From the human T2T-CHM13v2.0 reference genome, Homo sapiens, in assembly GCF_009914755.1 (NCBI RefSeq), contig NC_060937.1: a stretch of DNA of 64,000 nt. One strand, 5' to 3'. Shown here piece after piece: positions 1-36,000 of the stretch. Position 1 is the first letter of the stretch. The number at the start of each line of letters is the position of its first letter. A model generated the notes under the pieces. The model was not told the DNA's origin. It saw nothing but the letters and a program-made list of their open reading frames with translations, and ran no database searches. A program made the translations under genes and the position numbers.

Positions 1-18293
<18,293 letters not shown>

Positions 18294-18372
18294 TTTTTTT
18301 AAAGAGCAGTTTGGGTTTTATTTCTTTTCTTTATGTTCATAGATTTATTTATTTATTTTATTTATTTACTTA
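18294..18372 (-). other. L1 tail region: (TAAA)n-degenerated first tail, 43-bp non-L1 segment with AATAAA, second poly(A); probable 3' transduction
   Basis: Minus strand reads L1 end, (TAAA)n, TCTATGAACATAAAGAAAAGAAATAAAACCCAAACTGCTCTTT, then an A-run (T-run 18289-18300). AATAAA (18317-18322) lies 16 nt before the A-run. Confidence 0.7.
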
Positions 18373-18583
18373 TTTATTATTATACTTTAAGTTTTAGGGT
18401 ACATGTGCACAATGTGCAGGTTAGCTACATATGTTTACATGTGCCATGCTGGTGCGCTGCACCCACTAACTCATCATCTATCATTAGGTGTATATCCCAG
18501 TGGTATCCTTCACCCATCCCACCACCCCACAACAGTCCCCAGAGTGTGATGTTCTGCTTCCTGTGTTTATGTGTTCTCATTGT

Positions 18584-22410
<3,827 letters not shown>

Positions 22411-22473
22411 TATGATGTTAGCTGGTTATTTTGTTCGTTAGTTGATGCAGGTTCTTCCTAGTCACGATGGCCT

Positions 22474-23490
22474 TTACATTTTGGCATGATTTTGCCACGG
22501 CTGGTACCGGTTGTTCTTCTCCATATTTAGTGCTTCCTTAAGGAGGTCCTTTTGGGCAGGCCTGGTGGTGACAAAATCTCTCAACATTTGCTTGTCTGTA
22601 AAGTATTTTATTTCTCCTTCACTTATGAAGCTTAGTTTGGCTGGATATGAAATTCTGGGTTGAAAATTATTTTCTTTAAGAATGTTGAATATTGGCCCCC
22701 ACTCTCTTCTGGCTTGTAGAGTTTCTGCCGAGAGATCTGTTGTTAGTCTGATGGGCTTCCCTTTGAGGGTAACCCAACCTTTCTCTTTGGCTGCCCTTAA
22801 CATTTTTTCCTTCATTTCAACTTTGGTGAATCTGACAATTATGTGTCTTGGAGTTGCTGTTCTCGAGGAGTATCTTTGTGGTGTTCTCTATATTTCCTGA
22901 ATCTGAATGTTGGCCTGCCTTGCTAGATTGGGGAAGTTCTCCTGGATAATATCGTGCAGAGTGTTTTCCAACTTGGTTTCATTCTCCCCATCACTTTCAG
23001 GTACACCAATCAGACGTAGATTTGGTGTTTTCACATAGTCCCATATTTCTTGGAGTCTTTACTTATTTCTTTTTATTCTTTTTTCTCTAAATTTCCTTTC
23101 TTGCTTCATTTCATCCACTTCATCTTCCATTGCTGATACTGTTTCTTCCAGTTGATCACATCAGCTCCTGAGGCTTCTGCATTCTTCACGTACTTCTTGA
23201 ACTTTGGCTTTCAGCTCCATCAGCTCCTTTAAGCACTTCTCTGTGTTGATTATTCTAGTTATACATCCTTCTAAATTTTTTTCAATGTTTTCAACTTCTT
23301 TGCCTTTGGTTTGAATGTCCTCCTGTAACTCGGAGTAATTTGATCATCTGGAGCCTTCTTCTCTCAGCTAGTCAAAGTCATTCTCCATCCAGCTTTGTTC
23401 CGTTGCTGGTGAGGAACTGCATTCCTTTGGAGGAGGAGAGGCGCTCTGCTTTTTAGATTTTCCAGTTTTTCTGTTTTGTTTTTTCCCCAC
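22474..23490 (-). pseudogene. Disrupted L1 ORF1
   Basis: Fragment 22474-22815 (MKEKMLRAA...QNHAKM) is the ORF1p C-terminus. Start codon is GTG (23488-23490); no continuous frame. Confidence 0.9.
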
Positions 23491-24069
23491 CTTTGGGTTT
23501 TTATCTACTTTTGGTCTTTGATAATGGTGATGTACAGGTGGGATTTTGCTGTGGATGTCCTTTCTGTTTGTTAGTTTTCCTTCTAACAAACAGGACCCTC
23601 AGCTGCACGTCTGTAGGAGTACCTGGCCGTGTGAAGTGTCAGTCTGCCCCTGCTGGTTGGGTGCCTCCTAGTTAGGCTGCTCAGGGGTCAGGGGTCAGGG
23701 CCCCACTTGAGGAGGCAGTCTGCCCATGCTTAGATCTCCAGCTGCGTGCTGGGAGAACCACTGCTCTCTTGAAAGCTGTCAGACAGGGACATTTAAGTCT
23801 GCAGAGGTCACTGCTGTCTTTTTGTTTATCTGTGTCCTGCCCCCAGAGGTGGAGCCTACAGAGGCAGGCAGGCCTCCTTGAGCTGTAGTGGGCTCCACCC
23901 AGTTCGAGCTTCCCAGCTGCTTTGTTTACCTAAGCAAGCCTGGGCAATGGCAGGCGCCCCTCCCCTAGCCTCGCTGCCTCCTTGCAGTTTGATCTCAGAC
24001 AGCTGTGCTAGCAATCAGTGAGACTCCATGGGCGTAGGACCCTCTGAGCCAGGTGCGGGATATAATCTC

Positions 24070-27000
24070 TTCACATAAAATCTAGACAGACACATTCTGA
24101 CAAACATCTTTGTGATGTGTGCATTCACCTCACAGAGTTGAACGTTACTTTTGATAGAGCAGTTTTGAAAAACTCTCTTTGTAGAATCCGCAAGTGGACA
24201 TTTGGAGCTCTTTGAGGCCTATGGTGGATAACGAAATATCTTCGTATAATAAAGAGAAAGAAGCATTCTGAGAAACTTCTTTGTGATGTGTGCACTCATC
24301 TCACAGAGTGGAACCTTACTTTTGATTTAGCAGTGTGGAAACACTCTTTTTCTAGAATCTGCAAGTGGACATTTGGAGCACTTTGAGGCCTATGGTAGAA
24401 AAGGAAATATCTTCACATAAAATATAGACAGAAGCAATCTTGGAAATTTCTTTGTGATGTGTGCATTCATCCCACAGAGTTAAACCTTTCTTTAGATTGA
24501 GCAGTTTTGAAACTCTCTTGTATTATCTACAAGTGGACTTTTTGAGTGCTTTGTGACCTATGGTGAAAAGGAATTAACTTTTCATATATTCTACAAGAAG
24601 CAATCTGAGAAACTTCTTTGTGATGTGTGCATTCATCTCACAGAGTTAAACCTTTCTTTAGTTTGAGCAGTTTTGGAACAGTCTTTTTGTAGAATCTGCA
24701 AGTGGACACTTGTAGTGTTTTGAGGCCTATGGTAGAAAAGGAAGTATCTTCACATAAAAACTAGACAGAAGAATTCTGAGAAACTTCTTTGTGATGTGTG
24801 CATTCATCTCACAGAGTTGAACCTTTCTTTTGATTGAGCAGTTTGGAAACACTCTTTTTGCAGAATCTGAAAGTGGACATTTGGAGAGCTTTGCAGCCTT
24901 TGGTGGAAAAGGAATTATCTTCACATAAAATCTAGACAGAAGAAATCTGAGAAACTTCTTTGTGACATGTGCATTCATCTCACAGAGTTAAGCATTTCTT
25001 TTGATTGAGCAGTTTTGAAACTCTCTTTTTGTAGAATCTGCAAGTGGACATTTGGAGCACTTGGGGTCTATGGCGGAGGAGGAAGTATCTTTACATAAAA
25101 ACTAGACAGAAGAATTTTGTAAAATTTCTTTGTGAGGTGTGCATTCATCTCACAGAGCTGAAGCTTTCCTTTGATTATGCAGTTTGAAAGCACTCTTTTT
25201 GTAGAATCTGCAAGTGGACCTTGGAGTGATTTGAAGCCTGTGGTAGAACTGGAAATATCTGGACATAACATCGGGACAGAAGCCATCTGAGAAACTTCTT
25301 TGTGATGTGTGCTTTCATCTCACTGTGTTAAACCTTTCTTTTGGTTGAGCAGTTTTGAAAATCTCTTTTTGTAGAATCTGCAAGTCGGCATTTGGAGCTC
25401 TTTGAGGCCTATGGTGGAAAAGGAAATATCTTCACATAAAAACTAAGTAGAAGCATTCCAAGAAACTTCTTTGTGAAGAGTGCGTTCATCTCCCAGATTG
25501 AACCTTTCTTTCGATGGAGCAGTTTTGAAGTACTCTTTTGGTAGAATCTGCAACTGGACATTTCGAGTGCCTTGAGGACAATGGTGGAAAATGAAATATC
25601 TTCACATAAAAACATCGTCACATGAAAAACTCAGAAGAATTCTGAGACACTTCTTTGTGATGTGTGCGTTCATCTCACAGAGTTGAAACTTTCTTTTGAT
25701 TGAGCAGTTTGCAAATACTCTTTTTGTAGTATCCGCAAATGGACATTTTGAGTGCTTTGCGGCCTATAGTAGAAAAGAAAATGTCATCACATAAAATCTA
25801 GACAGAAGCAATCTGAGAAACTTCTTTGTGATGCGTGCATTCATCTCACAGAGTTAATCATTTCTTATGATAGAGCAGTTTTGAAACTCTCTTTTTGTAG
25901 AATCTGCAAGTGAACATTTGGAGCGCTTTGAGGCCTATGGTGGAATAGGTAATATCTTCAGATAAAAACTAGACAGAAGTACTCTGACAAACTTCTTGGT
26001 GATTTGTGTGTTCATCTCACAGATTTGAAGCCTTCTTTGAGCAGTTTTGAAGCCCTCTTTTTGTAGAATCTCTAAGTGGACATTTGGAGCTCTTTGCAGC
26101 CTTAGGTAGAAAAGGAAATATCTTCACATAAAATCCAGACAGAAGCAATCTGAAAATCTTCTCTCTGATGTGTGCATTCATCTCACAGAGTTAACCCTTT
26201 CTTTTGATTGAGCAGTTTTGAAACTCTCTTTTTTAGAATCTGCAAGTGGATATTTGGGGCGCTTTGAGGCCTATTGCGGAAAAGGAAATATCTTCACATA
26301 AATACTAGATAGAAGCATTCTGAGAAACTACTTTATGATGTGTCTATTCATCTCCCAGAGTTGAACATTTCTTTTGATGGACCAGTTTTGAAATACTCTT
26401 TTTGTAGAATCGGCAAGTGGACTTTTGGAGCACCTTGAGGCTTAAGGAGGAAAATGAAATATCTTCACATAAAAACTAGACAGAAGAATTCTGAGAAACT
26501 TCTTTGTTATGTGTGAGTTCATCTCACAGAGTTGAAACTTTCTTTTGATTCAGCATTTTGGAACCACTCTTTTTGGAGAATCTGCACGTGGACATTTGGA
26601 GCTCTTTGCGGCCTATGGTAGAAAAGGAAATATTTTCACATAAAATCAAGACTGAAGCAATCTGAGAAACTTCTTTGTGATGTTTGCATTCATCTCTCAG
26701 AGTTAAACCTTTTTTTTTGATAGACCAGTTTTGAAATACTCTTCTTATAGGATCTGCAAATGGACAATTCGAGTGCCTGGAGGCCTTTGGTGAAAAATGA
26801 ATTATCTTTACATAAAAACTAGAGAGAAGAATTCTGAGAAACTTCTTTGTGATATAAGCGTTCCTCTCACAGAGTTAAACCTTTCTGTTGATTAAGCTGT
26901 TTAGAAACACTCTTGTTGTAGAATCTACAAGAGGACATTTGAGTGCTTTGCGGCCTATGGTAGAAAAGGAAATATCTTCACATAAAATCTAGACAGAAGC

Positions 27001-30000
27001 AACCTGAGAAACTTCTTTGTGATGTGGGAATTCATCTCACAGAGTTAAAACTTTCTTTTGATTGAGCAGTTTTGAAACTCTCTTTTTGTAGAATCTTCAA
27101 GTGAACATTTGGAACGCTTTGAGGCCTACGGTGGAAAAGGAAATATCTTCACATACAATCTTGACAGAAGCAATCTGAGAAACTACTTTGTGATGTGTGC
27201 ATTCACCTCACAGAATTAACCCTATCTTTTGATTGAGTAGTTTTGAAACTCTCCTTTTGTAGAATCTGCAAGGGGACCTTAGGAGTGCTTTGAGGCCTAT
27301 GGTGGAAAAGGAAATATATTAACATAAAAACTAGATTGAAGCATTCCAATAAAGTTCTTTGTGATGTGTGCATTCATCTCCCAGTGTTGAACCTTTCTTT
27401 TGATGGAAAAGTTTTGAAATACTCTTTTTGTAGAATCTGCAAGTAGACATTTGGAGTGCTTTGAGGCCTATGGTGGAAAGGGAAGTATCTTCACATAAAA
27501 ACTAGACAAAAAAATTCTGGGAAACTACCTTGTGATGTGTGTGTTCATCTCACAGTTTTGAAACTTTCTTTTGATTGAGCAGTTTGGAAACACTCTTTTT
27601 GTGGAATCTGCAAGTGGACATTTGGAGCTCTTTGCAGAGTATAGCAGCAAAGGAAATAACTTCACATAAAATCTATGCAGAAGCAATATGAGAAATTCCT
27701 TTGTGATGTGTGCCTTCATCTTACAGAATTAACCATTATTTTGATTGAGCAGTTTTGAAACTCTCTTTTTGTAGAATCTGCAAGTGGACATTTGGAGCGT
27801 TTTGAGTCCTATGGTGGAAAAGGAAGTATCTTCACATAAAAACTAGATAGAAGAATTCTGAGAAATTTCTTTGTGAAGTGTGTGTTCACCTCACACAGTT
27901 GAAACTTTCTTTTGATTGAGCAGTTTGGAAACACTCTTTTTAAAGAATCTGCAAGTGGACATTAGGAGCGCTTTATGGTCTATGGTAGAAAAGGAAATGT
28001 ATTCACATAAAATCTAGACAGAAGCAATACGAGAAACTACTTTGTGATGTGTGCATTCATGTCACAGAGTTAAACCTTTGTTTTGATAGAGTAGTTTTGA
28101 AACTCTCTTTTTGTAGATTCTGCTAGTGAACATTTGGAGCACTTTGAGGTCTATGGTGGAAAAGGAAATATCTTCACATGAAATCTAGACAGAAGCAATC
28201 TGAGAAACTTCTTTGTGATGTGTGCATTCATCTCACCGAGTTAATCCTTTCTTTCGATTGAGCAGTTCTGAAACACTTTTTTTATAAAATCTGCAAGTGG
28301 ATATTTGTAATGCTTTCAGGCCTATGGTGGAAAAGCAAATATCTTCACATAAAAACTAGATAGAAGCATTCAGAGATACTTCTTTGTGATGTGTACATTC
28401 ATCTCCAAGAGTTGAAACTTTCTTTTGAAGGACCAGTTTTGGAATACTGTTTTTGTAGAATCTGCAAGTGGACATTTCGAGTACCTTGAGGCCTAAGGTG
28501 GAAAAGGAAATATCTTCACATAAAAACTAGACAGAAGAATTCAGAGAAACTTCCTAGTGATGTGTGCATTCATTTCCCAGAGTTGAAACTTTGTTTTGAT
28601 TGAACAGTTTGGAAATAGTCTTTTTCTACTATCTGCAAGTGTATATTTGGAGCACTTTGTGGCCTGAGGTAGAAATGGAAATATCTTCACATAAAATCTA
28701 GACAGAAGCAACCTGAAAAACTTCTTTGTGATTTTTGCATTCATCTCCAAAGTTAACCATTTCTTTTGATTGAGCACTTTTGAAACTCTCTTTTTGTGGA
28801 ATATACAAGTGGACATTTGGAGCGCTTTGAGGACTATGGTGGAAAAGGCAATATATTCACATAAAAACTAGAAAGAAGCATTCGTAGAAACTACATTGTG
28901 ACGTGTAAATTCGTCTCCCACAGTTGAAACTTTCTTTTGATGGACCATTTTTGAAATACTCTCTTTGTAGAATCTGCAAGTGGACATTTGGAGTGCCTTG
29001 AGGCCTATTGGGGAAAATGAAATATCTTCACATAAACACTAGACAGGAGAATTCTGAGAAACTTCTTTGTGGTGTGTGATTTCATCTCGCACAGTTGAAC
29101 CTTTCTTTTGATTGAGCAGTTTGGAAGCACTCTTTTTGTAGAATCTGCAAGTGGACATTTGTAAACTTTGTGGCCTATGATAGAGAAGGAAATAACTTCA
29201 CATAAAATCTAGACAGAGCAGTCTGAGAAAATTATTTGTGATGTGTGCATTCATCTCACAGAGTGAAACCCTTCTTTTGATTGAGCAGCTTTAAAACTCT
29301 CTTTTTGTAAGATCTGCAAGTGGACTTTTGGAGAGCGTTGAGGCCTATGATGGAAAAGGAAATATCTTCACATAAAAAATACACAGAAGTATTCTGAGAA
29401 ACTTCTTTGTGATGTGTGCTTTCACCTCACAGAGTTGAACATTTCTTTTGATTGAGCAGTTAAGAAACTCTCTTTTAGTTGAATCTGCAATTTGACTTTG
29501 GGAGTGCTGTGAGGCCTTAGGTGGAAAAGGAAATATCTTCACATAAAAACTAGACAGAAGAATTCTGAGAAACTTCTTTGTAATGTGTGCATTCATTTCA
29601 CAGAGTTAAACCTTCTTTTGATTGAGCAGTTTTGAAACACTCTTATTGTAGAATCTATGTGTGGCCATTTGGAGCGCTTTGCATCCTACGGTAGGAAAGG
29701 AAATATCTTCACATAAAATCTAGACAGAAGCAATCTGAGAAAATTCTTTGTGATGTGTGCATTCATCTCACAGAGTAAAAGCTTTCTTTTGATTGAGCAG
29801 TTTTAAAACTCTCTTTTTGTAGAATCTGCAAGTGGACATTTGGAGCGCTTTGAGGCCTATGGTGGAAAATGAAATATCTTCACACAAAAACTAGACAGAA
29901 AAATTCTGAGAAACTTCTTTGTGATGTGTGCATTTATCTCACAGAGTTAACCGTTTCTTTTGATTGAGAACTTTGGAAACTCTCTTTTTGCAGAACCTGC

Positions 30001-33000
30001 AAGTGGACATTTGGAGCGCTTTGAGGCTTATGGTGGAAAAGGAAATAGCTTCATGTAAAAACTAGATAGAAGCATTCTGAGAAACTTCTTTGTGATGTGT
30101 GCATTCATCTCCCAGAGTTGAGCCTTTCTCTTGATGGACCAGTTTTGAAATACTCTTTTTGTAGAATCTACAAGGGGACATTTCGATAGCCTTGGGGCCT
30201 CTGGTCCAAAAGGAAATATCTTCACATTGGAACTAGACAGAAGAATTCTGAGAAACTTCTTTGTGATGTGTGAGTTCATCTCACAGAGTTAACCTTTCTT
30301 TTGATTGAGCAGTTTGGAAACACTGTTTTTGTAGAATCTACAGGTGGACATTTGGAGCAGTTTGCAAAGTATGGTAGAAAAGGAAATATCATTACATAAA
30401 ATCTAGGCAGAAGAAATCTTAGAAACTGCTTTGTGAAGTGTGTGTTCATCTCACAGATATAAACCTTTCTTTTGATTGAGCAGCTTTGAAACTCTCTTTT
30501 TGTAGAATTTGCAAGTGGAAATTTTGATCATTTTGAGACCTATCACGGAAAAAGAAATGTCTTCACATAAAAACTAGACAGAAGTATTTTGAGAAACTTC
30601 TTGGTGATGCGAGCATTCATCTCACAAATTTGAACCTTTCTTTTGATTGAGCAGTTTTGAAACATTCTTTTTGTAGAATCTGCAAGGGGACATTATAAGT
30701 GCTTCGGGTTCTATGGTAGAAAAGGAAATAACTTCACATAAAATCTAGACAGAAGCAATCTGAGAAACTTTTTGTGATATGTGCATTCATCTCACAGAGT
30801 TAAACCTTCCTTTTGATTGAGCAGTTTTGGAAGTCTCTTTTTGTAGAATCTGCAAGTGGACATTTGGAGAGCTTTTAGGCCTATGGAAGAAAAGGAAATA
30901 TCTTCACATAAAAAGTAGACAGAAGAATTCTGAGAAAATTCTTTGTGATGCCAGCGTTCATCTGACAGAGTTGAACCTTTCTTTTGATTGAGCAGATGGG
31001 AAACACTCTTTTTGTAGAATCTGCAAGTGAACATGTGGAGCGCTTTGCGGCCTATGGTAGAAAAGGAATTATCTTCACATAAAATCTAGACAGAAGCAAT
31101 CTGAGAAAGCTTTTCTTATTGTGTGCATTCATCTCACAGTGTTAAACATTTCTTTTGATTGAGCAGTTTTAAAACTCTCTTTTTATAAAATCTGCATGTG
31201 GACATTTGAAGCGCCTCGAGGCCCATGGTGCAAAGGAAAATATATTCACATAAAAACTAGATAGAAGCATTCTGAGCAACCTCTTGGTGATGTGTGCATT
31301 CATTTCCCAGAGTTGAACCTTTCTATTGATGGACCAGTTTTGTAATAATCTTTTTGTAGAACTTGCAATTGGTCATTTGGAGTGCCTTGAGGCCTATTGT
31401 GGAAAATGAAATATCTTCACAACAAAACTGCAAAGAAGTATTCTGAGCAACTTCTATGCGATGTGTGTGTTCATCCCACAGAGCTGAACCATTTTTTAGA
31501 TTGAGAAGTTTGGAAACTGTCTTTTTGTAGAATCTGCAAGTGGACATTTGGAGCGCTTTGTCACCTACGGTAGAAAAAGGACTATCTTCACATAAAATCT
31601 AGACATAAGCAATCAGAGAAACTTCTTTGTGATTTGTGCATTCACCTCAGAGAGTTAAACCTTTCTTTTGATTGAGGAGTTTGGAAACTCTCTTTTTGTG
31701 GATCTACAAGTGGACTTTTGGAGTGCTTTGGGGCCTATGGTAGAAAAGGAAATATCTTCACATAAAATCCAGACAGAAGCAACCTGAGAAGCTTGCTTGG
31801 ATGTGTGCATTCATCTAAGAGAGTTAAACCTTTCTTTTGATTGAGGAGTTTTGAAACTCTCTCTTTGTAAAATCTGCAAGTGGCCATTTGGAGCACTTTG
31901 AGCCCTATGGTGAAAAACGAAATATCTTCACATAAAAACTAGACAGAAGAATTCTGAGAAACTTCTTTGCGATGTGTGCGATCATCTCACAGAATTGAAA
32001 CTTTCTTTTGATTGAGCAGCTTGGAAACACTCTTTTTGTAGAATCTGCAAGTGGACTTTTGGAACGCTTTGTGGCCCATGTTAGAAAAGGAAATATCTTC
32101 ACATAAAATCTAGACAGAAGCAATCTGAGAAACTCCTTTGTGATGTGTGCATTCATCTAACGGAGTTAAACCTTTCTTTTGGTTGAGCAGTTTTGAAAAT
32201 CTCTTTTCATAGAATTTGCAAGTGGACATTTGGAGCACTTTGAGACCTGTGGTGGAAAAGGAAATATCTTCACATAAAAACTAGACAGAAGAATTCTGGG
32301 AAACTTCTTTGTGATGTGTGTGTTAATCTCACAGAGTTGAACCTTTCTTTTGATTGAGCAGTTTGGAAAAACTCTTTTTCTAGAATCTGCAAATGAACAT
32401 TTGGTGCGCTTTGCAGCCAATGGTAAAAACGGAATATCTACACATCAAATTTAGAAAGAAGCAATCTGAGAAACTTCTTCGTGATGTGTGCATTCATCTC
32501 ACAGAGTTAACCTTTTCTTTTGATTGAGAAGTTTTGAAACTCTCTTTTTGTAGAATCTGCAGGTGGACATTTGGAGCACTTTTAGGCCTATGGTAGAAGA
32601 GGAAATGTCTTCACATGAAAACTTGATAGAAGCATTCTGGCAAACTTCTTTGTGATATGTGCATTCATCTCCCAGAGCTGAAACATTCTTTCAAAGGACC
32701 AGTTTTGAAATACTCTTTTTATAGAATGTGCAAGTGGACATTTTGAGCGCCTTAAGGCCTATGTTTGAAAAGGAAATATCTTCACATAAAAACTACACAG
32801 AAGAATTCTGAGAAACTGCTTTGTGATGTGTGCATTCATCTCACAGAATTGAACCTTTCTTTTGATTCAGCAGTTTGGAAACACTCTTTATGTAGAATCG
32901 GCAAGTGGACATTTGGAGTGCTTTGTGGCCTATGATAGAAAAGGAAATATTTTCACATAAAATCTAGACCGAAACAATCTGAGAAACTTCTTTGTAATGT

Positions 33001-36000
33001 GTGCATTCATCTCACAGAGTTAAGCCTCTCTTTTGATTGAGCACTTTAGAAACTCTCTTTTTGCAGAATCTGCAGGTGGACATTTGGAGCACTCTGAATC
33101 CTATGTTGGAAAAGGAAATGCCATCACATAAAAACTAAACAGAAGAATCCTAAGAAACTTCTTTGTGATGTGTGAGTTCATTTCACAGAGTTGAGTCTTT
33201 CTTTGGATTGAGCAGTTTGGAAATACTCTTTTTGTAGAATCTACAGGTGGACAATTAGAGCACTTTGTGTCCCATAGTAGAAAAGTAAATAACTTCACAT
33301 AAAATCTAGACAAAAGCAATGTGAGAAACTTACTTGTGATGTGTGCATTCATCTCAGAGTTAAACCTTTCTTTTGATTGATCAGTTTTGAAACTCTCTTT
33401 TTGTAGAATCTTCAAGTAAACAATCGGAGCGCTTTGAGGCCCATGGTGCAAAAGGAAATATCATCACATAAAAACTAGACAGAAGAATTCTGAGAAACTT
33501 CTTTGTGATGTGTGCGTTCTTCTCACAGAGTTGAACCTTTCTTTTGATTGAGCAGTTTGGAAACACTCTTTTTGTAGAATCTGCAAGTGCACATTTGGAG
33601 AGCTATGCGGTCTATGGTAGAAAAGGAAATATCTTCGCATAAAATCTAGACAGAAGTAGTCTGAGAATATTCTTTTTGATGTGTGCATTCTTCTCACGGA
33701 GTGAAACTTTTCCTTTGATTGAGCAGTTTCGAAACTCTCTTTTTGTAAAATCTGCAAGTGAACATTTGGAGTGCTTTGTGGCCTATGATAGAAAAGGAAA
33801 TATTTTCACTTAAAATCTAGACAGAAGCAATCTGAGAAACTTCTTTGTGATGTTTGTATTCATCTTACATAGTTAAACCTTTCTTTTGATTGAGCAGTTT
33901 TGAAACTCTCTTTTTGTCGAATCTGTAAGAGGACATTTGGAGTGCTTTCAGGCCTATGGTGAAAAAGGAAGTATCTTCTCATGAAAACTAGACAGAAGAA
34001 TTCAGACAAACTTCTTTGTGATGTGTGCATTTATCTCACAGACTTGAACCTTTCTTTTGATTGAGCAGTTTGAAACACTCTTTTTGTAGAATCTGCAAGT
34101 GGACATTTGGAGCACGTGGAGGCCTATAGTGGAAATGGAAATGTCTTCACACTAAAAACTAGACAGAAGAATTCTGAGAAACTTCTTTGTGATCTTTGCA
34201 TTCATCTCACAGAGTTGAACCTTTCTTTTCATTGAGCAGTTTGAAAACACTCTTTTTGTAGAATCGGCAAGTGGACATTTGGAACGCATTGCAGTCTATG
34301 ATGGAAAAGGAAATATCTCCACATAAAATCTAGACAGAAGCAATCTGAGAAACTTCTTTGTGATGGGTGCATTCATCTCACAGAGTTAAAACTTTCTTTT
34401 GATTGAGCAGTTTTGAAATTCTCTTTTTATAGAATCTGTAAGTGGACATTTGGAGCGTTTTGCAGCTTATGGTAGGAAAGGAAATATCTTCATATAATAT
34501 CTAGACAGAAGCAATCTGAGAAATTTCTTTTGATTTGTGCATTCATCTCACAGATGTAAACCTTTGTTTTGATAGAGCAGTTTTGAAACTCTCTTTTTGT
34601 AGAATCTGTAAGTGGACATTTGGAGCGCTTTGAGCGATATGATGGAAAAGGTAATATCTTCACATAAAAACCAGGCAGAAGTATTCTGACAAATTTCTTT
34701 GTGATGTGTGCATTCACCTCACAGAGTTGAACCTTTCTCTTGATTGAACAGTTTGGAAACAATCTTTTTGTGGAATCTGCAAGTGTACATTTGTAGCGCT
34801 TTTCAGCCTATTAGTACAAAAGGAAATATCTTCACATAAAATCTAGAAAGAAGCAATCTGAGAAACTTCTTTGTGATGTGTGCATTCGCCTCATGGAGTT
34901 AAACCTTTCTTTTGATTGAGCAATTTTGAAACTCTATTTTTGTAGAATCTGCAAGTGGACATTTTGAGCACTTTCAGGCCTGTGGAGGAAAAGAAAATAT
35001 CTTCACAGAAAGACTAGACAGAAGAATTCTGTGAAACTTCTGTGTGATGCATGTGTTCATCTCACAGAGTTGAAACTTTCTTTTGATTAAGCAGTTTGGA
35101 AACACTCTTTCTAGAATCTGCAAGTGGACATTTGCAGCGCTTTGCCGCATGTGGTAGAAAAGGGAATATCATCACAAAAAATCTCGACAGAAGCAATATT
35201 AGAAACTTCTTTGTGATGTGTGCATTCTTCTCACAGAGTTAACGCTTTCTTTTGATTGAACAATTTTGAAACTCTCTTTTTGTAGTATCTGCAATTGGAC
35301 ATTTGGGGCGCTTTGAGGCCTATTGTGGAGAAGGAGATATCTTCACATAAAAACTAGATAAAAGCATTCTGAGAAACTGCTTTGTGATGTGCACATTCAT
35401 TTCCCACAGTTGAATATTTCCTTTGATTGACCAGTTTTGAAATACTGGTTTTGTAGAATCTGCAAGTGAACGTTTCCAGTTCCTTGAGGCCTGTTGTGGA
35501 AAACGAAATATCTTCACATAAACACTAGACATAAGAATTCTGAGAAACTACTTTGTGATGTGTGCGTTCATCTCACAGAGTTGAACCTTTTTGTTGATTG
35601 AGCAGTTTGGAAACACTCTTTTTGTAGAATCTGCAAGTGGACATTTGGAGCGCTTTGTGACCTATGGTAGAAAAGGAAATATATTCACATAAAATCTAGA
35701 CAGAAACAATCCGAGAAACTTCTTTGGATGTGTGCATTCATGTCACAGAGTTAAACATTTCTTTTGATTGAGCAGTTTTGAAAATCTCTTTGTAGAATCT
35801 GTAAGTGGACATTTGGAGGGCTTTGAGGCCAATGGTGGAATAGGAAATATCTTCCCATCAATAGTAGACAGAAGAATTCTGAGAAACTTTTTTGTGATGT
35901 GTGCCTTCATCTTAAGGAGTTCAACCTTTCTTTTTATTGAGCAGTTTGGAAACACTCTTTTTGCAGAATCTGAAAGTGGACATTTGGAGAGCTTTGCAGC

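Noticed and set aside
24061-24100. Twin-priming 5' inversion of the first L1
   Set aside because: The inverted DNA is flanking alpha satellite, not L1 sequence, and no TSD closes the insertion.
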